A stretch of 64,000 nucleotides of DNA from the human T2T-CHM13v2.0 reference genome, Homo sapiens (GCF_009914755.1 NC_060947.1); one strand, 5' to 3'; numbered from the stretch's first letter, positions 33,960-61,130 are shown. Numbers and translations are program-made. Notes: generated by a model from the letters alone, not told the origin.

Positions 33960-34720
33960 CAACACTGAAGAAGGATAAACTGAAAAGTCTGAGAGCGAGT
34001 GAGCGTGAGAACTCATGAGCAGGAAGAAATAGGGAAGTACAGAAGGAGGATCAGGAAGGTGGCATTCCAGAAGCCAAAGAAACAGATTCAAAATCAAAGT
34101 GGTAAATTTTATCAAATGCAATAGAAAGGACAGTTATATAAGGCCAAAAAAGTGTCCACTGGATTTGGCAAGAAAGCAGTCACGCAGTCAATGATGTCTT
34201 TTGCCAACAGTTTTTGTACAATGGTGGGTGCAGAAGACAGATCACAAAGAGTTTGAGGAGAAAATGGAAAATGAGGAATTGGATAGAGCAAGTAAGGACA
34301 ACTCAAAAAGCCAGCTGTAACCAGAGGAAGATGCATCGTCAAGAGAGGGCTTTAAACATGTTCATTCATTCAATTATTTGTTTACTTACCTTATTTTTAG
34401 GATAGGAAAAACTTGAGTGTTTACAAACCTAAGGGGAAAAACTAGAAGGAAGGATAAACAAAAGCTATGGGAGAATAAAATCAGCATTTGATAGAGGCAA
34501 GTACCAAAGGTGATGGAATGCAGGGCACAGATGGATCTGCTGGCCAGAGAAGGGACACCTCACCCCTAGGCCTGGAGGAAAGCGGGGAAGAAGCAGTGTA
34601 GATGTGGATGGAAAGAAATGGATGTGGTTCACACTTGAATCCTTCAATCTCTTCATAAACTAATGGGTTGAGTCTATTTTTCTACAGTGAGGATGATGGA
34701 GGTTGAATGGGGATGCATGT
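33960..34720. mobile_element. L2 remnants
   Basis: Purine-rich decayed L2-like sequence (ccagaagccaaagaa...gtccactggatttggcaa). Confidence 0.5.
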
Positions 34721-34741
34721 TTACATTACTTTTTAAAAAGT

Positions 34742-35692
<951 letters not shown>

Positions 35693-36384
35693 CATTTTTG
35701 CCTTTTTTAACCTTTTTTTTTTCCTTCAGGGAGGTATGGCCTTAGACTATTCAGAACGTTACTGGTGGGAATAACAAAGGGAGCTGACCGAGGATTTATA
35801 CAGGACCGTGGAGGGGTGTTTAGAGCCAAGTTGAGATCTGAGCCCATGAATCTGTACCAGTCTCCATGGTTGTGGGGTTTTCTCCAGCAGTACTCAGCAG
35901 CCTAGTATATGGACAGAGAAAATGGGGTGTGTTTTGAGCCAGGGTGTGGCTTAGCCATCTTGGCAGAGCTGAATCATAGGGTACAAAGGGCTTCCAGGAG
36001 TCAGGGAGAGTGATTCAGGTGGGATCCAAACAGAACTGGTAAGTAAAGGAAGTCAGGAACAGGGTGGGAGACCGTAGAATTGGAGATCTCCATGAATCTG
36101 AAGCACAATTAGGGTGGCTAGAGAGAACCGGAGAGGAAGCAAATCGCAGTCAGAGATTAGGATACTACAGTTTAAGGGCTGCCATGAGCAGCACTGGAAA
36201 GCGTCCCCATACCTTATACCACTGTAGGAGGCTATACATTCTAGTTTCCCTGAGACAGTCCCAGTTTACATGTTATTCTAACATTTTGTCTAATTTAGCA
36301 TTTGTCCCAAACTTCATTTTCTAACAAAGTTTAAGTATTAATAGTTGCATTTAAATAAGCCAGGATGAGTCTGTTGGGCCACCA

Positions 36385-41356
<4,972 letters not shown>

Positions 41357-41797
41357 GTCTTAGAGGCTAGAAGAAAGTGAACTGTTTAAGGCAAAATTAT
41401 TATGGAACACGTAACATTGGTATCATCATGTATTGAGCCAAGCTCTATGCTAGGCACTTTTGCATATATTATTTTGTTTAATCTTCACCACACTCTGTGA
41501 CAGAGATATTAACCTCATTTGACGTATAAGAAACCAAGCACGCAGGGACCAAGGATCTTGCCCAAAGTCAAAATGCTATAATAGTGGGGAACCCAGGATT
41601 TGAACTCAGTCCAAAGCCCATACATCCCTTTTCCATTACAGCCTGCTGCCTCTCCAGGATAAAGAGGGAAGACAGGGAAAGTAGGGAAGTATGGACTTCA
41701 CAAATTCATACATGCTAAAATTATAACAGCTACTGTTTCTTGAGCACCTATTATGTGGCAAATACTATATGAGGTACTTTACATAAATGATTTTTAG

Positions 41798-42824
<1,027 letters not shown>

Positions 42825-43254
42825 TAGTGAGGCAAAAATAGAGGCTCAGAGTCTGATTTGTACAAAACTACAGAGCAGTTAAGTGTCCTCTCAGATGTGT
42901 ACCCTGATCTGGGTGACTCTAGGACTCTAGGTCTCAACTGTTACAACCAGTTAAGGGTTTGGGGAAGCACTGGGCCAAGAGTCAGGAAAATGGAAGCCAC
43001 AGGTAGTGCAAGGTCTTGGGAATGGGACGTCTGGTCCAAGGATTCACGCGATGACTGGAACCCGAAGAGCCGGGGCCCGGTTTACGGCCGCCATGAAGCA
43101 ACGCGCGCCGGTAGGTTTGGGAATCAGGGAGCCCTCTGAATAGGAGACTGAGTGGGGAGGGAAAGGGGCTTCGCTGGGGGAGCCTCGGCTTCTTCTGGGA
43201 GAAAATTCCCACGGCTACCTAGTGAGCCTGCAAACTGGTAGGCGCCGGCGTAGG

Positions 43255-43320
43255 CGCGCGGGCGGGGCCGGGGGCGGGGCCTGCGGGGCGTGGCGGGGCG
43301 GGCAGAGGGCGGGGCCTGCT
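43255..43320 (+). promoter_or_regulatory. HPRT1: HPRT1 TATA-less core promoter: cluster of Sp1/KLF GC boxes, G-quadruplex-capable
   Basis: Repeated GGGCGG/GGGGCGGGGC motifs at 43260-43315, more than four G3+ runs, no TATA box. Confidence 0.88.
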
Positions 43321-43474
43321 TCTCCTCAGCTTCAGGCGGCTGCGACGAGCCCTCAGGCGAACCTCTCGGCTTTCCCGCGCGGCGCCGCCTCTTGCTGCGC
43401 CTCCGCCTCCTCCTCTGCTCCGCCACCGGCTTCCTCCTCCTGAGCAGTCAGCCCGCGCGCCGGCCGGCTCCGTT
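43320..43474 (+). other. HPRT1: HPRT1 5' UTR (start approximate; multiple TSS expected)
   Basis: Recognised HPRT1 leader ...gcccgcgcgccggccggctccgtt upstream of the ATG. Confidence 0.8.
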
Positions 43475-43501
43475 ATGGCGACCCGCAGCCCTGGCGTCGT
43501 G
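43475..43501 (+). CDS. HPRT1: HPRT1 exon 1 coding part (hypoxanthine-guanine phosphoribosyltransferase)
   Basis: ATG at 43475; MATRSPGVV; donor gtgagc at 43502. Confidence 0.98.
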
Positions 43502-43651
43502 GTGAGCAGCTCGGCCTGCCGGCCCTGGCCGGTTCAGGCCCACGCGGCAGGTGGCGGCCGGGCCCTGAGGCGCGGGATCCGCAGTGCGGGCTCGGGCGGC
43601 CGGGCCCAGGGAACCCCGCAGGCGGGGGCGGCCAGTTTCCCGGGTTCGGCT

Positions 43652-43659
43652 TTACGTCA
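43652..43659 (-). promoter_or_regulatory. CRE/ATF-like site in HPRT1 intron 1
   Basis: TTACGTCA (TGACGTAA on minus) inside the CpG island; motif match only. Confidence 0.45.
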
Positions 43660-43995
43660 CGCGAGGGCGGCAGGGAGGACGGAATGGCGGGGTTTGGGGT
43701 GGGTCCCTCCTCGGGGGAGCCCTGGGAAAAGAGGACTGCGTGTGGGAAGAGAAGGTGGAAATGGCGTTTTGGTTGACATGTGCCGCCTGCGAGCGTGCTG
43801 CGGGGAGGGGCCGAGGGCAGATTCGGGAATGATGGCGCGGGGTGGGGGCGTGGGGGCTTTCTCGGGAGAGGCCCTTCCCTGGAAGTTTGGGGTGCGATGG
43901 TGAGGTTCTCGGGGCACCTCTGGAGGGGCCTCGGCACGGAAAGCGACCACCTGGGAGGGCGTGTGGGGACCAGGTTTTGCCTTTAGTTTTGCACA

Positions 43996-44034
43996 CACTG
44001 TAGTTCATCTTTATGGAGATGCTCATGGCCTCAT
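43996..44034 (+). other. Cryptic RSS in HPRT1 intron 1 (heptamer CACTGTA)
   Basis: CACTGTA at 43996-44002, about 0.5 kb into intron 1, where RAG-mediated exon 2-3 deletions are known to break. The nonamer is poor. Confidence 0.65.
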
Positions 44035-45140
44035 TGAAGCCCCACTACAGCTCTGGTAGCGGTAACCATGCGTATTTGACACACGAAGGAACTAGGGAAA
44101 AGGCATTAGGTCATTTCAAGCCGAAATTCACATGTGCTAGAATCCAGATTCCATGCTGACCGATGCCCCAGGATATAGAAAATGAGAATCTGGTCCTTAC
44201 CTTCAAGAACATTCTTAACCGTAATCAGCCTCTGGTATCTTAGCTCCACCCTCACTGGTTTTTTCTTGTTTGTTGAACCGGCCAAGCTGCTGGCCTCCCT
44301 CCTCAACCGTTCTGATCATGCTTGCTAAAATAGTCAAAACCCCGGCCAGTTAAATATGCTTTAGCCTGCTTTATTATGATTATTTTTGTTGTTTTGGCAA
44401 TGACCTGGTTACCTGTTGTTTCTCCCACTAAAACTTTTTAAGGGCAGGAATCACCGCCGTAACTCTAGCACTTAGCACAGTACTTGGCTTGTAAGAGGTC
44501 CTCGATGATGGTTTGTTGAATGAATACATTAAATAATTAACCACTTGAACCCTAAGAAAGAAGCGATTCTATTTCATATTAGGCATTGTAATGACTTAAG
44601 GTAAAGAGCAGTGCTATTAACGGAGTCTAACTGGGAATCCAGCTTGTTTGGGCTATTTACTAGTTGTGTGGCTGTGGGCAACTTACTTCACCTCTCTGGG
44701 CTTAAGTCATTTTATGTATATCTGAGGTGCTGGCTACCTCTTGGAGTTATTGAGAGGATTATAAGACAGTCTATGTGAATCAGCAACCCTTGCATGGCCC
44801 CTGGCGGGGAACAGTAATAATAGCCATCATCATGTTTACTTACATAGTCCTAATTAGTCTTCAAAACAGCCCTGTAGCAATGGTATGATTATTACCATTT
44901 TACAGATGAGGAACCTTTGAAGCCTCAGAGAGGCTAACAGACATACCCTAGGTCATACAGTTATTAAGAGAAGGAGCTCTGTCTCGAACCTAGCTCTCTC
45001 TCTCTCGAGTAATACCAGTTAAAAAATAGGCTACAAATAGGTACTCAAAAAAATGGTAGTGGCTGTTGTTTTTATTCAGTTGCTGAGGAAAAAATGTTGA
45101 TTTTTCATCTCTAAACATCAACTTACTTAATTCTGCCAAT

Positions 45141-45780
<640 letters not shown>

Positions 45781-47678
45781 TAGGTAGACGCTTTTAGCTT
45801 TGGGGTGTGATGCCTGCCCCAGTATATAGTGAATTTAATTATTGCTAGAGCTGGCTGTTTGTTAGTTTTCTTTGAACATAAGATACTCATTGTTTTTAGT
45901 TTGCAAATCCCTCTTCCTTTTTAAAAAATTTCCTTCCCTTAAATTGTTTGCATGTTAGCAATAACAAATGCTTAAATGGTGCTATGTGCTAGATACTCTT
46001 CTAAGCCCTGTTATGTATATTAACTAATTTTTTAAATTACACAAATCAGAGAGGTTAAGTAACTTGCCCAAGATTACCCAACAATACTAGGATTTGAACC
46101 TAAGTTTGTCTCACCCCAGATTCTGCTCTTAATCTCTAAACTTTTAAGTTAGTAGTGACAATAGTAGGTATTTATTGAATACTTAACTATGTTTTAGGCG
46201 TTGAAGTAAATATTTTGCAGGCATTATCTAATGTAAACACCCTAAAGTTACATAACAGGTACCCTTTAGGTAAATAAACACTAGTATGACCTTGGAGGCA
46301 CAGATAGTTGAAGTAACTTGCCCAATATCACTTACATGAAATTGGCCCTCAAATGTGTCTGATACAACCCATGCTGCTTGTAACTATCGTTTTAAACTGC
46401 CAGGGTAAACTTGGACACACTTGAGCTAAGAAAAAGCTTTTAGATTTTTGCAAATTAATGTGAAAGATATGCTTTATGTGGATATAATATCTTCTAAATT
46501 TCGGGGATGGTAGTCCTAGAAATGTAATCCTGCCCTAGCCGAGCTTACCCTGCCAATAATTTTTTACAGAATTGGTAAAACGGAGCACCTTTTTTTTGTC
46601 CTTGGCCACACTGTTATCAACAGGGTGTAGATTGACATCAATCTGTAGGTGTAAACCAGAATTACTCTTTGTGACCACCAGGAAATAGAGCAGTTCAGTT
46701 CAGGGGTTTCTTTCTGTGAATTTAGCACTGTGACCTGCATACTACAAGTCTACTTTGTTTTCTATCCATTGTTTGTATCTGGGTATTGCAAAAGGTAGGA
46801 AAAGGACCAACCAGATCAGCAGAGAAGAGTTGCCTTGGAGTTTTCTTTTAGTTTTCTGCAGTTCATTAGATAGTAACTAGGCCATGTCATTTTACTCCCT
46901 TGTAGTGAAGATATGTTGAAGTTGTACTGGTATACTCTTCTACCTTTCTGTAATTTTATATTGTGTAGACTTGATAAAATTTATGTGTCAATCACCACCA
47001 TTAATATCAATATTGAGCCTCAATTCTTATTTTTCTGCCCAGTGGCTGCCAAATTACTAACATTTACAATAATTCACTACTACTAAGATAATCTACTAGT
47101 TCGATCACATACTTCAAATTGTTATGGAACTACTGTCTTCAGCATTGTGCTTCTGATAACTGATAAGTATAATTTTTTTTTTGTCCAGAGTGAACATGTC
47201 TATTCTTCCACTGTACACACTAATAAAAGGAAAAATTGTAATATTGGGTAAATTCATGTCCTTACACATGTAGTAGTTATGAGCCCATGTCCCTAGAATG
47301 AGTAATAATTTATCCCTCCCTTGGTTGAATAGTCAAGAATGCTGATTTTAATTCTTCTAACAGCTTTATCCCTCAGAAGGGAAGGCAAGCAAGTTATATA
47401 TGTAGTTTATTTGTAAGACTGATATGAAATTGGAAGATGAATCTACTATTAGCTTTAATTATTTTTACATTTAGGAATATTGCATCAGTAACTCATAATT
47501 TTGGTTTTCTGTTATCCTGAGTTAACACAAATTATCCAAGGAGATGGCGGATCATCTGCTTTGAGGTGTTTTTTTTTGAGAATTTTAATGTATCTGAATA
47601 TAAAAGGTAAAAATATGCCAACTAGCAATTTCTGCCCATTCCAGAAGTTTGGAAATATTACTCATTACTAGGAATTAA

Positions 47679-48393
<715 letters not shown>

Positions 48394-49122
48394 TAACCAC
48401 AAAGAGACTTAAGCAGTCCTTGTCACAGATGATGAATTGATGTTGCAAGTATTGTCTTAGCTTGGATTAATTTTCTTGCTTACTGTAATTTTAGATAATA
48501 TAGCTTTGTAATTAGAGATTTTATGTGTAAACCACAAAAATGTTTACATGAAGGCCATTATTACAGATGTGACGTGCATAATTATTAGTAATTTGTATGT
48601 TTACATGGGTCAGTCTGGCAAAAAATTATGAAGTTTTAAAAATTAAAAAAAATTATAATGCCAGTTTTACTGGAAAGTAAAATTATTTCAGTAATCGATT
48701 ATAGCAAAAGTATTGATTTTCATTCCAGACAAAAGTCAGAATGAAAGGTAATTTCTCAATATTCTTTCAGATTAATAAAAGTACCTGTAGCGATTTTTAT
48801 CATTCACAAGTATATCACAAGTAAGTTAGAATTTGAGAACTGTGTTCTAGATCTCTGAGGAGATGCAGTCAGATTTCTGAACTGTCTCAGCAAATGGTAA
48901 GTAACTTAGAGCTAGTAATTAATAACCTGTCCTTTGATTTCTGATTCAGCCAAGAATGGCCATATTTGGGAAAGGCAGATCTGGAGAGTAACCACGTTTT
49001 CATTCATTTACCACTTCTAGGCCCCTCCAGAGCTCTCAGATATTTTGGGGTTGAGCCCTTCCCCAAAGCCATACAGGACCTTTTTTTTGTGATCTGTTCT
49101 AGCCATTTTTATGTTGGGTGCT

Positions 49123-49797
<675 letters not shown>

Positions 49798-50204
49798 GTA
49801 GTTGTTCTTTCAGAAGGTGTTGATAATAACCACATGCAACACCAAGTCACAAATAATAAAACAGATGTAACTTATATTCATACAGAAAGTTGGGCACTGC
49901 CATTGCCTTGTTGGTTTACACGGCTGTGCTAGTTCAGTAGCAGAAAGGTGCTGGTCTCCTTTACTCAGTTTACAATCTAGGCAGTAGAATGTAATCACTG
50001 CTTTAAACTTGATACTGCTTAGGGAGAGAATCATTGGTGCTGGGTAACTTTGGGTTCTAGGTTTACTTTTTGTGTATATATAACTGTTTTTGGTAAATCA
50101 CAAGTTTCTGGGCTTGTCAAATTAGATTTTGTTACAGATTATGAGCTTTATTATGCTATACAGTTAGTTGTATGTATATATGCCTTTCCCACTAGATTTT
50201 AAGC

Positions 50205-51276
<1,072 letters not shown>

Positions 51277-51497
51277 GTCTTTTTTTTTAAATAGCAATTT
51301 AACACTGTTCACAGTTACTCATGTACATGTCATGCCATCTATTACACTGTAAGTTCTGTGAGGGTAGCTGTATCAAATTTATCTAACTCTCTCTAGTATG
51401 CATGACATAGTAAGTATTCAATAAATATTTGCATATTAGTGATAAGGATACAGGTTCTGAATAGTGGGTCCTTACCATTTAAGAATTAGTATTTGAT

Positions 51498-52002
<505 letters not shown>

Positions 52003-52089
52003 TCAAGCTGGGAAAAGTTGTCATTTAAATGAATTGCCTCTTATTTAATTTCGTCTGATGATACATTTTGTTTTTATTTTGTAAAAAAT

Positions 52090-52222
52090 TATTTTTTTTC
52101 TTTTTGGAGACAGGGTCTTGCTCTGTTGCCCAGGCTGGTCACAAACTCCTGACCTCAAGCAATCCTCCTGCCTTAGCCTCCCAAAATGCTGGGATTACAG
52201 GCGTGAGCCACCTCGCCCGGCC
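52090..52222 (-). mobile_element. Alu monomer (FLAM-like)
   Basis: tgatacattttg duplicated around it. Confidence 0.85.
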
Positions 52223-53320
52223 TTGTATTATGATACATTTTGAACAACTACAAGTAGACTTGGTATAATGAACCTGCACGTACCCATTGCCAAGTTCTGA
52301 CAACTGTCTGTCTATAGCCAATTATGCATTTCTTAAATTAGAACCCCCCCAATATACCCAAATATATATATATGTGTGCATATATATAGTAAGTTGTAAC
52401 AAAGTTGTGAATTCATACCTGAAGTATCTCAAGTGATGCAAGTTTTATGAATTTTTGTTTATGCCTTTTGGGAAGAGTTGTATTGACAAATTTTTTATGC
52501 TTAAAGTAAACCATAAATCAAAAAAATAAAATCTAGGATGCAATAAAACAAAACAACTTCTTGACATAAGTATGGTATGTAAATCTGTTTTGATTGGAAA
52601 TCAATTTGTTATATTGCCAGAATTCCTGTTTTAGAATACATCTCTGCTGATCTGTCTGTATTCTTAGACTGCATATCTGGGATGAACTCTGGGCAGAATT
52701 CACATGGGCTTCCTTTGAAATAAACAAGACTTTTCAAATTCTTAGTCGATCTGCAGAACCTGTAGCCAGGCACTGAACCATTTTGATAGATGCAGTAATC
52801 GTTGCAAGTGTATATTTCAAGGAGTTCTGGCTGGGTCCTAGTTTATGCTTGTGGCAGAAGCAGTGAGTAACTGGGAGGAAGTTGGTGAGTAAGCTTCAAG
52901 GAAGAAGTCATTTTTAGTACTCTGGATCTTCCTGATTTTAAAGCACTACAAAATGGTGCATTTTCATTCTTGTCAAGTGATAACAGATATATTCTGATGA
53001 GCCTGAAATGAATATATATTGTATCATTTTTATAATATCTAGCAAGGTTTGTATTTTCCTAGAACTTGAACTAAATTTCAGTTCATAAAATTTATAAAAT
53101 ACTTAGTTGTTGTAAAATATTTTTGGAATGTTCACATAGGTGACACACAAATGTCCCATTTTCATTCTTTCTATAGTAAATATGTTCTGATATGTGAAGG
53201 TTTAGCAGATGCATCAGCATTTAATCCTAGAGGATCTGGCATAATCTTTTCCCCCAAGAATAGAAATTTTTTCTGCTTATGAAAGTAGTACATGTTTCTT
53301 TAAAAACAAATCAATATTGA

Positions 53321-53925
53321 CTTCTGCCTGCTGTATAGCACTATGCCTCCACCTGGCCATGACCAGGGGCATGTCCTGGTCCACCTACCTGAAAATGTTT
53401 GCAACCAGCCTCCTGGCCATGTGCACAGGGGCTGAAGTTGTCCCACAGGTATTACGGGCCAACCTGACAATACATGAAGTTCCACCAAAGTCTGAGAACT
53501 CAGAACTGAGCTTTGGGGACTGAAAGACAGCACAAACCTCAAATTTCTCAGCACTGGAAACCTCAAAATATAACTGAATTCCATAAATAAGATTTTAAGT
53601 CTTAAATATGTATTTTTAAATGTATTAAAAGTCAAGCTGCTTGTATTTAAGCACCTAATACAATGCTTAGGTTGTAAAAGGAGATGCTCAATAGGTACTA
53701 ACTGATATATTGAGATTTAATTATGGTTTGACCAATATTTATTGGAAACCGCCAAAGCTTAAATCATCAGCTTCTTGAATGTGATTTGAAAGGTAATTTA
53801 GTATTGAATAGCATGTGAGCTAGAGTATTTCATTCTTTCTGGTTTATTTCTTCAAATAGACTTTGAATATAATGGTGAATGGGTATTATAAATTAACTAA
53901 TAAAAATGACATTGAAAATGAAAAA
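53321..53925 (+). pseudogene. Processed pseudogene of BRAWNIN/UQCC6 (C12orf73) in HPRT1 intron 1
   Basis: ATG 53359 reads MTRGMSWSTYLKMFATSLLAMCTGAEVV, then HRYY, NLTIHEVPPK, ELRTELWGLK and HKPQISQ across frameshifts. This is collinear with recalled BRAWNIN (MPAGVPMSTYLKMFAASLLAMCAGAEVVHRYYRPDLTIPEIPPKRGELKTELLGLKERKHKPQVSQ). AATAAA at 53899-53904 precedes an A-rich tail. Outer limits are approximate. Confidence 0.85.
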
Positions 53926-53937
53926 ATATATATATTA

Positions 53938-54099
<162 letters not shown>

Positions 54100-54796
54100 T
54101 TATTTAAAAAAAGTGTAGAAAGTGTCAAGACCCCACTTCTTACCATTATTTGGTATATTTCTCTATACCCACCCACCCTTCCTCCTTACTCCCTCCCTCC
54201 CTTCCCAATCTTTTTATCTTTTTGTATTCTGATTTTTTGTTTGTATATTTTGCTTTAATTTAATGTATCCTTTAAAAATTTCCCATACATTTTATATGTA
54301 TATATAAAAACGCATGCTGCCAAAGATAATTTATAAGAAAGACCATTGAATTTTTTTAAAAGTGATATATATTCATTGAAAAAAATTTAGAATATATAGC
54401 AAAGCAATAAAGAACTAAATAAAATTGCTGTAACTCCTCTTTCAAAGATAAGTGCTTTTATGATTTTGTTGTATTTTTTTCTGTATATAGGTACATATAT
54501 AGTATTTATAAAGCTGTACTCATAGTACATTTTCACATCACAGGTACCATATCAGTGTTATTAAATATTTTGTATGCCAGGGGCTAGACATACCAAGACA
54601 ACCAATATGTGGTTCTACTTAAATAATATTAGAGTATCTTTTATGATGACACTTCATGAGTTGACTATAATAATCTTAGACTTCTAAGAGTTTGGGTTTT
54701 CAAAAGATCACTTAGCTTTTTTGGGTGATTTTTCCCCCTTACTGTGAGATGAGAGAGGCTGTTTGGATTTGGGATTGGGGTAGCGGGGACAGCAAC

Positions 54797-56354
<1,558 letters not shown>

Positions 56355-56463
56355 TGTTGTTTTCTTACATAATTCATTATCATACCTACAAAGTTAACAG
56401 TTACTAATATCATCTTACACCTAAATTTCTCTGATAGACTAAGGTTATTTTTTAACATCTTAA

Positions 56464-56631
<168 letters not shown>

Positions 56632-57315
56632 TAAGTAAGATCTTAAAATGAGGTTTTTTACTTTTTCTTGTGTTAATTTCAAACATCAGCAGCTGTTCTG
56701 AGTACTTGCTATTTGAACATAAACTAGGCCAACTTATTAAATAACTGATGCTTTCTAAAATCTTCTTTATTAAAAATAAAAGAGGAGGGCCTTACTAATT
56801 ACTTAGTATCAGTTGTGGTATAGTGGGACTCTGTAGGGACCAGAACAAAGTAAACATTGAAGGGAGATGGAAGAAGGAACTCTAGCCAGAGTCTTGCATT
56901 TCTCAGTCCTAAACAGGGTAATGGACTGGGGCTGAATCACATGAAGGCAAGGTCAGATTTTTATTATTATGCACATCTAGCTTGAAAATTTTCTGTTAAG
57001 TCAATTACAGTGAAAAACCTTACCTGGTATTGAATGCTTGCATTGTATGTCTGGCTATTCTGTGTTTTTATTTTAAAATTATAATATCAAAATATTTGTG
57101 TTATAAAATATTCTAACTATGGAGGCCATAAACAAGAAGACTAAAGTTCTCTCCTTTCAGCCTTCTGTACACATTTCTTCTCAAGCACTGGCTATGCATG
57201 TATACTATATGCAAAAGTACATATATACATTTATATTTTAACGTATGAGTATAGTTTTAAATGTTATTGGACACTTTTAATATTAGTGTGTCTAGAGCTA
57301 TCTAATATATTTTAA

Positions 57316-58265
<950 letters not shown>

Positions 58266-58332
58266 GAAGTTTAATGACTAAGAGGTGTTTGTTATAAAGT
58301 TTAATGTATGAAACTTTCTATTAAATTCCTGA

Positions 58333-58548
<216 letters not shown>

Positions 58549-59630
58549 TGATTCTTTTTAGTGGCAACAGTAGGTTTTCTTATATTTTCTTTGAATCTCT
58601 GCAAACCATACTTGCTTTCATTTCACTTGGTTACAGTGAGATTTTTCTAACATATTCACTAGTACTTTACATCAAAGCCAATACTGTTTTTTTAAAACTA
58701 GTCACCTTGGAGGATATATACTTATTTTACAGGTGTGTGTGGTTTTTTAAATAAACTCCTTTTAGGAATTGCTGTTGGGACTTGGGATACTTTTTTCACT
58801 ATACATACTGGTGACAGATACCCTCTCTTGAGCTACATCGGTTTGTGGGGAGTCAAAAGTCCTTTGGAGCTAGGTTTGACAAATAAGGTGGGTTAACACT
58901 TGTTTCCTAGAAAGCACATGGAGAGCTAGAGTATTGGCGAATTGAAGAAATCCCCCTTTTTTTTTAACACACTTAAGAAAGGGGACTGCAGGTATACTCA
59001 AGAGAGTAAGTCGCACCAGAAACCACTTTTGATCCACAGTCTGCCTGTGTCACACAATTGAAATGCATCACAACATTGACACTGTGGATGAAACAAAATC
59101 AGTGTGAATTTTAGTAGTGAATTTCATTCATAATTTGATCGTGCAAACGTTTGATTTTTATTACTTTAGACTATTGTTTCTGATTTTATGTTGGGTTGGT
59201 ATTTCCTGTGAGTTACTGTTTTCCTTTAAAATAGGAATTTTTCATACTCTTCAAAGATTAGAACAAATGTCCAGTTTTTGCTGTTTCATGAATGAGTCCT
59301 GTCCATCTTTGTAGAAACTCGCCTTATGTTCACATTTTTATTGAGAATAAGACCACTTATCTACATTTAACTATCAACCTCATCCTCTCCATTAATCATC
59401 TATTTTAGTGACCCAAGTTTTTGACCTTTTCCATGTTTACATCAATCCTGTAGGTGATTGGGCAGCCATTTAAGTATTATTGTAGACATTTTCACTATCC
59501 CATTAAAACCCTTTATGCCCATACATCATAACACTACTTCCTACCCATAAGCTCCTTTTAACTTGTTAAAGTCTTGCTTGAATTAAAGACTTGTTTAAAC
59601 ACAAAATTTAGACTTTTACTCAACAAAAGT

Positions 59631-59657
59631 GATTGATTGATTGATTGATTGATTGAT
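59631..59657 (+). repeat. (GATT)n microsatellite
   Basis: Six full units plus a partial unit. Confidence 0.85.
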
Positions 59658-60106
59658 GGTTTACAGTAGGACTTCATTCTAGTCATTATAGCTGCTGGCA
59701 GTATAACTGGCCAGCCTTTAATACATTGCTGCTTAGAGTCAAAGCATGTACTTAGAGTTGGTATGATTTATCTTTTTGGTCTTCTATAGCCTCCTTCCCC
59801 ATCCCCATCAGTCTTAATCAGTCTTGTTACGTTATGACTAATCTTTGGGGATTTGTGCAGAATGTTATTTTAGATAAGCAAAAACGAGCAAAATAGGGGA
59901 GTTTAACTTTAATATTTTCTTTTAAAAAGCATTTCATGTTATAAGATCAATTCTGAGTGGTAGAAATGCTTTGACATTTTATTTCCATTTTCTACTTTTA
60001 GTTTTTTTCCTATTTGTTTAAGATCTTAGAGGATTATTAAGCTGAACTCCTCAACTGATAAAAAGCATGACATCTTAAACATAAGCAAAGCATATTTTTA
60101 GGTTAA

Positions 60107-61130
<1,024 letters not shown>

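Larger units (their letters stand above)
43040..43960. promoter_or_regulatory. HPRT1: HPRT1 CpG island
   Basis: Abrupt rise in GC and CpG density spanning the promoter, exon 1 and the start of intron 1. Confidence 0.92.

Noticed and set aside
43087-43143. Perfect Kozak gccgccATG opening a 16-codon ORF
   Set aside because: Lies upstream of the GC boxes and start sites; more simply a YY1-like CCGCCAT promoter motif.
43124-44026. Long overlapping ORFs on both strands, including 43475-43903 (142 aa)
   Set aside because: Stop-codon scarcity in the GC-rich island. Only the first 9 codons of 43475 are HPRT1; the rest is intron.
59631-59657. Tetranucleotide repeat as the forensic HPRTB STR
   Set aside because: The motif is GATT, not AGAT/TCTA; HPRTB is expected further into intron 3, beyond the window.
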